Shown piece after piece: positions 57,565-64,000 of a stretch of DNA of 64,000 nt. The stretch is taken from NCBI GenBank assembly GCA_963779415.1, contig CAVZYA010000001.1, positions 1,536,001-1,600,000 of the forward strand, written 5' to 3'. Position 1 is the first letter of the stretch, and every line of letters starts with the position of its first letter. Source of the DNA: an uncultured Acidobacteriota bacterium (GTDB taxonomy: Bacteria > Acidobacteriota > Thermoanaerobaculia > UBA5066). The notes beneath the pieces are model-generated. The model ran no database searches, was not told the origin of the DNA, and saw only the letters and a list, made by a program, of their open reading frames with translations. The translations under genes were made by a program, and so were the position numbers.

Positions 57565-58905
57565 ATGTACCGAACACAGTCCGTCAACGAGCTCGAGCGG
57601 TCGTGGGCAAACGACCTCCGCTGGAAGGGAATCGTCCGCCCCTACTCGCCCGTGGAGGTCGATCGCCTCCGCGGAACGGTCCAGCTCGACCACTCCATCG
57701 CCCGGATGGGATCGGAGCGCCTCTGGAATCTCCTCCATACCGAGAAGATCGTCCGGGCCCTCGGGGCCCTCACCGGCAACCAGGCCGTCCAGCAAGTGCA
57801 GGCGGGGCTGAAGGCGATCTACCTCTCCGGCTGGCAGGTGGCGGGAGACGCCAACGACGCCCTGACGATGTATCCCGACCAGAGCCTCTACCCGGTGACG
57901 AGCGTTCCGAACGTCATCCGGAAGATCAACAACGCCCTGATGCGCGCCGACCAGATCCAGCACATGGAGGGGAGGAACGACGTCTACTACTTCGCCCCCA
58001 TCGTGGCGGACGCGGAGGCCGGCTTCGGCGGCCCGCTCAACACCTTCGAGCTGATCAAGGCGATGATCGAGGCCGGAGCCGGCGGCATCCATCTCGAGGA
58101 CCAGCTCTCCTCGCTGAAGAAGTGCGGTCACATGGGGGGAAAGGTCCTCGTCCCGATCCACGACTTCATCCAGAAGCTGATCGCGGCGCGCCTCGCCGCC
58201 GACGTCATGGGGGTCCCGACCGTCTTCATCGGGAGGACCGACTCGCTCGGCGCAAGCCTGATCCGCGGGGACATCGACCGGGTGGACCAGGACTTTCTGA
58301 CGGGCGAGAGGACCCGCGACGGCTTCTACATCGTCAAGGGGGGGATCGACTACGCCGTCGCGCGCGCCTGCGCGTTCGCCCCGTACACGGACGTGATCTG
58401 GTGCGAGACCGCGACGCCCGACATGGACGAGGCCCGGGCGTTCGCCCGCGGAGTCCACGAGAAGTTCCCGGGGAAGATGCTCGCCTACAACTGCTCCCCC
58501 TCGTTCAACTGGAAGCGGAAGCTTTCCGACGACGAGATCGGACGCTTCCAGGAAGAGCTGGCCGACATCGGCTACAGGTTCCAGTTCATCACGCTCGCGG
58601 GCTTTCACACCCTGAACGCCGCGATGTTCGAGCTGGCCCACGGCTACAACGCGACGGGGATGCCGGCCTTCGTGAACCTGCAGGAGCGCGAGTTCGAGAT
58701 GGAGCGGACCGCCGGCTTCCAGGCCGTCCGGCACCAGCGCTTCGTCGGCGCCGGCTACTTCGACGTCGTCCAGATGACCGTCACGGGCGGCGACGTCTCC
58801 ACCTCGGCCCTCAAGGGATCGACCGAGGAGGAGCAGTTCCACCCCGAAGGAGGGTCCGGAGGGCCAAAGCCCCCCGGTCGAAAGGAAGGAGTTCAGAAGG
58901 GATGA
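57565..58905 (+). CDS. aceA: Isocitrate lyase
   Basis: [51 protein letters not shown]. Confidence 0.97.
   Translation: MYRTQSVNELERSWANDLRWKGIVRPYSPVEVDRLRGTVQLDHSIARMGSERLWNLLHTEKIVRALGALTGNQAVQQVQAGLKAIYLSGWQVAGDANDALTMYPDQSLYPVTSVPNVIRKINNALMRADQIQHMEGRNDVYYFAPIVADAEAGFGGPLNTFELIKAMIEAGAGGIHLEDQLSSLKKCGHMGGKVLVPIHDFIQKLIAARLAADVMGVPTVFIGRTDSLGASLIRGDIDRVDQDFLTGERTRDGFYIVKGGIDYAVARACAFAPYTDVIWCETATPDMDEARAFARGVHEKFPGKMLAYNCSPSFNWKRKLSDDEIGRFQEELADIGYRFQFITLAGFHTLNAAMFELAHGYNATGMPAFVNLQEREFEMERTAGFQAVRHQRFVGAGYFDVVQMTVTGGDVSTSALKGSTEEEQFHPEGGSGGPKPPGRKEGVQKG
58849..58877 (+). repeat. GGGTCCGG.GGGC-loop-GCCCCCCGG hairpin, copy 1 (inside the aceA tail)
   Basis: Near-identical to 59789-59816. 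Confidence 0.7.
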
Positions 58906-59789
58906 GATCCGCACCTGCTCTCGCCGCGTTGCTTCTCCTGTCGCCCGCCCTTGCCGCGCCCCCCGTACCCGCCACCTACACGGCGGAGGTCGAGAACTTC
59001 CGCAAGGAGCGGGAAGCGAGCCTCAAAACGAACGAGCCGTGGCTGAGGCTGGTCGGCCTCTCGTGGCTCGAGGAAGGCGACAACGCCGTCGGCAGCGCCC
59101 CGAAGAGCCGCGTCCTCCTGCCGAAGGGGAACGCGCCGGCGACGCTCGGCACCCTCCGGCTCGAGAACGGGGTCGCCACCTTCACGGCGGCGCCGGGCGC
59201 CGACGTCACGTCGGACGGAAAGCCGGTGAAGACGATTGCGATGAAGTCCGGCCCTCCGACGGTGCTGGCGCACGGGACGCTGAGATTCTTCCTCCTAGGA
59301 CGCGGTCGTCGAATCGGAGTTCGCGTCCTCGATCTCGAAGCGCCTGCCCTGAAATCCTTCACCGGGATCGAATGCTTCCCGGTTGATCCCGCGTGGCGCG
59401 TCGTCGCGAAGTTCGAGGCGTACACGCCGAAGAAGAAGATCGACGTACCGACGAACGTCATCGGAACGCCGGAAATGCAGGATTCCCCCGGCGCCGTCGT
59501 CTTCGAGAAGAACGGCAAGAGCTGCCGCCTCGACGCGCTCATCGGCGGCCCGAAGGGAGAGCTCTTTCTCGTCTTCGGCGACCAGACGAACGGAAAGGAG
59601 ACCTACGGGGGCGGGCGCTTCCTCCACACGGCCCCTCCTGCGGCCGACGGCTCCGTCGTCGTCGATTTCAACCGGGCCCTCAACCCGCCCTGCGCCTTCA
59701 CCCCCTACGCGACCTGCCCCCTTCCGCCCAAGGGGAACCGTCTCGCGCTGTCGGTGACCGCGGGAGAGAAGAGCTACGGGAAGCATTAG
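58902..59789 (+). CDS. DUF1684 family exported protein
   Basis: [46 protein letters not shown]. Confidence 0.9.
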   Translation: MRSAPALAALLLLSPALAAPPVPATYTAEVENFRKEREASLKTNEPWLRLVGLSWLEEGDNAVGSAPKSRVLLPKGNAPATLGTLRLENGVATFTAAPGADVTSDGKPVKTIAMKSGPPTVLAHGTLRFFLLGRGRRIGVRVLDLEAPALKSFTGIECFPVDPAWRVVAKFEAYTPKKKIDVPTNVIGTPEMQDSPGAVVFEKNGKSCRLDALIGGPKGELFLVFGDQTNGKETYGGGRFLHTAPPAADGSVVVDFNRALNPPCAFTPYATCPLPPKGNRLALSVTAGEKSYGKH

Positions 59790-59816
59790 GGGGTCCGGGG
59801 GGCGACAGCCCCCCGG
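59789..59816 (+). repeat. GGGTCCGGGGGGC-GACA-GCCCCCCGG hairpin, copy 2
   Basis: Perfect 9-bp stem; near-identical to 58849-58877. Confidence 0.75.
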
Positions 59817-59841
59817 CAAGAGAAACCCAAAGGAGTCCTCT

Positions 59842-60906
59842 ATGAACGAAAGCGAGGATCCAAGGAACACCCTCCCCCGTCGTGACGTCCTGAAGCTCGG
59901 AGCCGCCGCGGCGGCCGGATTCATCGCCCGGGACCTCGCCGCCGAGGTCCCGATGGACGCCCCGAAGCCCGGCGCGTTTCCCGAGAACCCGCGCACGCCG
60001 GCGGCGATGCCGATGAGGAACTTCGGAAAGACCGGCTACCGCGTCGGGATTTTCAGCCTCGGCGGGCAGGCGGCCGTCGAGCAGCCCGAGAACGACGCCG
60101 TCGCCGTGCCGATCGTCGAGAAGGCGCTCGACCTCGGCCTCAACTACATCGACACCTCCGCCCGGTACGGAGGCGAGGCCCGCTGGAGCGAGCGGTACGT
60201 CGGGCAGGTGATGAAGCGCCGGCGGCACGAAGCCTTCCTCGCCACGAAGACGCACGACCGGACGCGCGACGGCTCGTGGAAGCTCCTCGAGACGTCGCTG
60301 AAGCTTCTCCAGACCGACCACGTCGACCTCTGGCAGATCCACAACCTGAACGCGATGGAGCAGGTCGACCGGATCTTCGCGCCGGACGGCGCCGTCAAGG
60401 CGATGCAGGAGGCGCGCGAGCAGAAGCTCGTCCGTTTCCTCGGCGTCACGGGACATGCCGACCCCGATGTCCTCCTCGCGGCGATCCGCCGCTTCCCGTT
60501 CGACACGATCCTGATGGCGTTGAACGCGGCCGACCCGCACCACAAGAGCTTCCAGAAGGAGCTTCTCCCGACGGCCGTCGAGAATGAGATGGGGATCGTC
60601 GGGATGAAGATCCCCGCGCGAGGGCGGATCCTCGCAAGCTGGAGGCCGCCCCCGGCGGGGAAGGAGCCCGCGTGGACGGGAAACGCGACGGGGCCCGGGA
60701 CGCTGACGATGTCCGAGGCGATGCGTTACGTCCTCTCGCTTCCCGTCTCGACGGTCATCATCGGGGTCGACTCGATCGGCCAGCTCGAGGAGAACGTCCG
60801 GATCGCGAGGACCTTCACGCCCCTCTCCGCGGGCCAGCTCGCCGACCTCGCGGCGAAGGCCGAGCCCGTCAAGAAACAGGCGCTCTTCTTCCGGACCATC
60901 GCGTAG
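59842..60906 (+). CDS. Aldo/keto reductase with Tat-like signal
   Basis: PRRDVLK twin-Arg; YIDTSARYG, FLATK, SLKLLQTDHVDLWQIH. Confidence 0.88.
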   Translation: MNESEDPRNTLPRRDVLKLGAAAAAGFIARDLAAEVPMDAPKPGAFPENPRTPAAMPMRNFGKTGYRVGIFSLGGQAAVEQPENDAVAVPIVEKALDLGLNYIDTSARYGGEARWSERYVGQVMKRRRHEAFLATKTHDRTRDGSWKLLETSLKLLQTDHVDLWQIHNLNAMEQVDRIFAPDGAVKAMQEAREQKLVRFLGVTGHADPDVLLAAIRRFPFDTILMALNAADPHHKSFQKELLPTAVENEMGIVGMKIPARGRILASWRPPPAGKEPAWTGNATGPGTLTMSEAMRYVLSLPVSTVIIGVDSIGQLEENVRIARTFTPLSAGQLADLAAKAEPVKKQALFFRTIA

Positions 60907-60915
60907 AGCGGCGAT

Positions 60916-62412
60916 TCAGGCGGGCCGGGGCGGGCGCCGAGCCGCCCAGGGGCGGGCCCGTTCGAGCTGTCCCGCGAGGCGGAAGAGCGTCGCCTCGTCC
61001 GCGAACCGGCCGACGACCTGGACGCCGACCGGAAGGCCGTCGGCCGAGACGCCGAGCGGCACAGACATGGCGGGCTGCCCGGAGACGTTGAACGGAGGGG
61101 TGAACGGCATGAAGTCGAACGTCTTCTTCGCGGTCGCCTCGAGGATCCCTGCCGCGCGAAGAAGCCACCCCGCCCGAAGCGCGGCCATCGTCTTCGCGGC
61201 GATCTTCTCCGCCGGGCGGAGCTGAAGCGAGCCGATCGGGACGGGAGGGGAGGCGAGCGTCGGCGTCACGAGGACGTCCCACTTCTCGAAGAACGATCCG
61301 ACACGCCGCCCGGCGAGGCGAAGACGCCGGACCGCTCCGTCGTACTCCCCCGCCCGGATCGAGCCGCCCAGGAGCCGGAGGGCGTGCGTCGCCGCTTCCA
61401 GCTCGAAGAGCGCCGGGGCCCGGCCGAGCTTCTTCCCGGCCTCGTCCAGCTCCGCGCGGACCTCGCCGCAGAGCATCGTGACGAAGTCGAGGGCGAACGC
61501 CTCGCCGTCGAGTTCGGGCGAGGCCTCCTCGACGTCGTGACCGAGATCGCGAAGGAGGCGCGCCGCCTCGCCGAAGACGCGGAGGCAGTCCGGGTGGACG
61601 CGGCTCCCGAGGAACGGACGTGCCGTGATCGCGATCCGGAGCTGCCCCGGCTCGCGCGAGACCTCCTCGAGGAAGGGCCGCTCCGGCGGAGGCGGGTACC
61701 AGGGCGCGCCGGGGTCCGGGCCGGAGGTCGCGTCGAGGAGGGCCGCGCTGTCGCGCACCGAGCGGGTCAGCGCGTGCTCGACGACGAAGCCGTTCCAGGC
61801 GTCTCCGATGTCGGGGCCCATCGGCGTCCGGCCCCGCGTCGGCTTCAGCCCGAAAAGGCCGCAGCACGATGCCGGGATCCGGATCGAACCGCCGCCGTCG
61901 CCGCCGTGTGCCATCGGGACGATTCCGGCCGCCACGGCGGCGGCCGATCCGCCGCTGGAGCCTCCGGGCGTCCTCGAGAGGTCCCACGGATTCCGGGCCG
62001 GGCCGAACAGCTCCGGCTCGGTATAGGGGACCAGGCCCAGCTCCGGCGTGTTCGTCTTGCCGAAGAGGACGAGGCCGGCGGCCCGGTGACGCCGGACCAG
62101 CTCTCCATCCGACGAGGGGACGTAATCCGCCATGAACCGCGAGCCGTTCGAGAGCGGCACCCCCGCCACGGCCGACATCAGGTCCTTGAGGAGGAACGGG
62201 ACGCCGGAGAACGCCCCTTCCGGAAGCCCCCGCGCGAGTTCGCGGCGGGCGGGTTCCTCCATCAGGCGGACGACGGCGTTGATCTTCGGGTTCCAGATCG
62301 CGACACGGGAGAGCGCCTCGTCGAGAAGCTCGCCCGGCGTCACCGCCTTCGCGCGGATGAGCGCCGCGAGGCCGAGGGCGTCGTGGGCGTCGTACTCGGG
62401 AAACGGGGTCAA
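60916..62412 (-). CDS. Amidase signature family enzyme
   Basis: [29 protein letters not shown]. Confidence 0.93.
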   Translation of the reverse strand: MTPFPEYDAHDALGLAALIRAKAVTPGELLDEALSRVAIWNPKINAVVRLMEEPARRELARGLPEGAFSGVPFLLKDLMSAVAGVPLSNGSRFMADYVPSSDGELVRRHRAAGLVLFGKTNTPELGLVPYTEPELFGPARNPWDLSRTPGGSSGGSAAAVAAGIVPMAHGGDGGGSIRIPASCCGLFGLKPTRGRTPMGPDIGDAWNGFVVEHALTRSVRDSAALLDATSGPDPGAPWYPPPPERPFLEEVSREPGQLRIAITARPFLGSRVHPDCLRVFGEAARLLRDLGHDVEEASPELDGEAFALDFVTMLCGEVRAELDEAGKKLGRAPALFELEAATHALRLLGGSIRAGEYDGAVRRLRLAGRRVGSFFEKWDVLVTPTLASPPVPIGSLQLRPAEKIAAKTMAALRAGWLLRAAGILEATAKKTFDFMPFTPPFNVSGQPAMSVPLGVSADGLPVGVQVVGRFADEATLFRLAGQLERARPWAARRPPRPA

Positions 62413-63383
62413 GGCCGGAACGCTTCCACGAGCGCGTCCATCCGCTCGCCGCTCCGGAGGAGCCGGATCCGCGTGAACCCCGCCCGCGCGAGGCCCGAGC
62501 GGATCTCGTCGAACGTGTAGGTCCCGCCCTCCGCCGTCCCGACGAGCATGTTCACGGCGAAGAGCGCCCCGGCGCGCGGGTGGGTGCGCGAGTCGTCCAT
62601 GACGTGATCACGGACGAGAAGGCGTCCCCCCGGGACGAGCGCCCGGAAGATCCGCGCGTAGAGGGCCTCGTTCTGCTCCGGGCCGTTCTGGTGAATGACG
62701 GCCGAGAGCCAGGCGAGATCGTGCCCCGGCGGAAGCTCGTCGGTCTCGAAGTCCCCCGAAACGAGCGTCACGCGCGAAAGAAGACCCGCCTTTTCCAGCC
62801 GCTCGCGGGCGATCTCGACGACGGCCGGCAGATCGAAGAGCGTGGCCGAGAGATCCGGCGAGGCGGCCAGGAACGCCATCGTGTAAGTGGCCGGCCCGCC
62901 GCCGACGTCGAGGAGCCGGCGGGCGCCGGAGGCCCCGGCCTCCGCGATGATGCGGTCCGCCCGCGGCGCGCCGACGACGTGCATGGCGAGGATGAAGGCA
63001 CGGAGCGACTCCGCCGGCGGGCGCTCGTGAAGCGGGACCCCCCCGACCCGCTTCGTCAGCGTCGTCCAGCGCGCCCAGAGGGCGGCCGCATGGAGGAGCA
63101 TCGGGTGGAGCGAGTCCGGCGCGTCGGCCGAAAGGCACGACGCCGCCGGCGCCGTCCGGTAGAGGCCTTCTTTCTTTTCGAGGACTTCCATCGCCGAGAG
63201 CGCGTCGAGGACGACGGCGATCGCCCGGAGATCGGCCCCGAGATGCGCGGCGACTGCCTCGGCGGAGAGGGGCTTGCGCGCGAGGAGCGTGAAGAGGTCG
63301 AACTCCGCGCCCGTCAGAAGGACGCGGCTTTCCTGGAAGCCGCGTGCGAGGGCGAGGAGGGAGTCGGGCGAGTGCGGAGCCAT
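62409..63383 (-). CDS. O-methyltransferase (methyltransferase_2 with dimerisation domain)
   Basis: LLDVGGG, LFDLP, GDF, SAVIH, LVPGGRLL. Confidence 0.9.
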   Translation of the reverse strand: MAPHSPDSLLALARGFQESRVLLTGAEFDLFTLLARKPLSAEAVAAHLGADLRAIAVVLDALSAMEVLEKKEGLYRTAPAASCLSADAPDSLHPMLLHAAALWARWTTLTKRVGGVPLHERPPAESLRAFILAMHVVGAPRADRIIAEAGASGARRLLDVGGGPATYTMAFLAASPDLSATLFDLPAVVEIARERLEKAGLLSRVTLVSGDFETDELPPGHDLAWLSAVIHQNGPEQNEALYARIFRALVPGGRLLVRDHVMDDSRTHPRAGALFAVNMLVGTAEGGTYTFDEIRSGLARAGFTRIRLLRSGERMDALVEAFRP

Positions 63384-63437
63384 GGGCTTTTGGAAACTCT
63401 AACCCCGGCCCGCCCGAACCACCATGAGGAACCTGAA

Positions 63438-63466
63438 TGAAACGGGGAGACCACTGGCCTCCCCCG
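63438..63466 (-). terminator. Possible intrinsic terminator after the cupin gene
   Basis: Minus strand GGGGAGGCCAGTGGTCTCCCCG hairpin followed by TTTCATT. Confidence 0.45.
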
Positions 63467-63489
63467 CGTCCCGAAGTACTTTGGGGGTC

Positions 63490-63966
63490 TTACTTCTTCT
63501 CGTCCGGAACGAGGTCGAACGGCGCGCTCTGCGTGACGAGGAAGACGCATTCCGCTCCCCCCGCCTTGCAGCCGCTCCGGTGCCGCGACTTGGCGGGGTT
63601 GTCGATGAACGAGCCGGGGCCCAGCTCCTTCACGCCGCCGCTGCTCTCGGTCTCCAGCGTGACGGTCCCCTGCAATACGGTGTCCTGAAGGCGGTACGAG
63701 TGCGTGTGCCAGCCGGCGTCGAAACCGGGGGCCCACTTGAAGAGCGTGCCGTAAGCCCCCTTCTTCATGTCTCCCCAGAGCGGCGCCATCTGAGCTCCCT
63801 TCATCCCCTCGACGTCGACGAACTTGATGTCGGGCGCCGCCCAGATCTTCCAGGCGGACTTCGCCGCCGGCTTCTTCACCGGGGCCTTGGCGCCTTCCGC
63901 CCCGGCGATTCCGGAGAGGCCTGCACCGAGCGCCAGCGCGATGGAGAGAATTGCGACTCGTCTCAT
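63490..63966 (-). CDS. Exported cupin-domain protein (DUF4437-like)
   Basis: AAGGAGG RBS; signal peptide; GWHTHS, VLQGT, LGPGSF, H.SGC. Confidence 0.8.
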   Translation of the reverse strand: MRRVAILSIALALGAGLSGIAGAEGAKAPVKKPAAKSAWKIWAAPDIKFVDVEGMKGAQMAPLWGDMKKGAYGTLFKWAPGFDAGWHTHSYRLQDTVLQGTVTLETESSGGVKELGPGSFIDNPAKSRHRSGCKAGGAECVFLVTQSAPFDLVPDEKK

Positions 63967-64000
63967 CTCGACTTCCTCCTTCAATCGGGCGTTTGAGAAA

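Overview
High-GC bacterial chromosomal window, probably Acidobacteriota. Cys-rich SLH domains, an acidobacterial-type VWA protein, a VPS10/BNR protein and hpnIJ point to a Thermoanaerobaculia-like organism (inference). The first ~3.9 kb is a visibly lower-GC island. It carries a translationally coupled wHTH / 75-aa ORF / SIR2-like / HerA operon (Sir2-HerA-type antiphage module, SIR2 frameshifted) and ends at a 107-bp tandem duplication. The rest is mostly housekeeping and envelope genes: RidA, nitronate monooxygenase, polyprenyl synthase, RsbW/RsbV pair, HtrA, pepP, rluA, ndk, sucCD, aceA, tRNA-Val and tRNA-Asp. Accessory loci include a ~1480-aa SLH-anchored surface protein with 3.3 near-identical 753-bp repeats, a hopanoid-modification cluster (hpnI, frameshifted hpnJ, hpnL-like) and a HypD-type glycyl radical locus. 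Signals missed by the ORF track: (1) a 77-aa glutaredoxin-like gene with two in-frame TGA codons and an fdhF-like SECIS hairpin (41518-41751); (2) a displaced, diverged copy of the hpnL-like 3' end (31565-31651) bracketing a two-gene cassette; (3) a nested palindromic REPIN/MITE-like element with compensatory base changes (51570-51731); (4) a hairpin+RBS module absorbed into the aceA tail; (5) three genes that appear to start at CTG/ATC. All calls come from reading the sequence by eye; no database searches were run.
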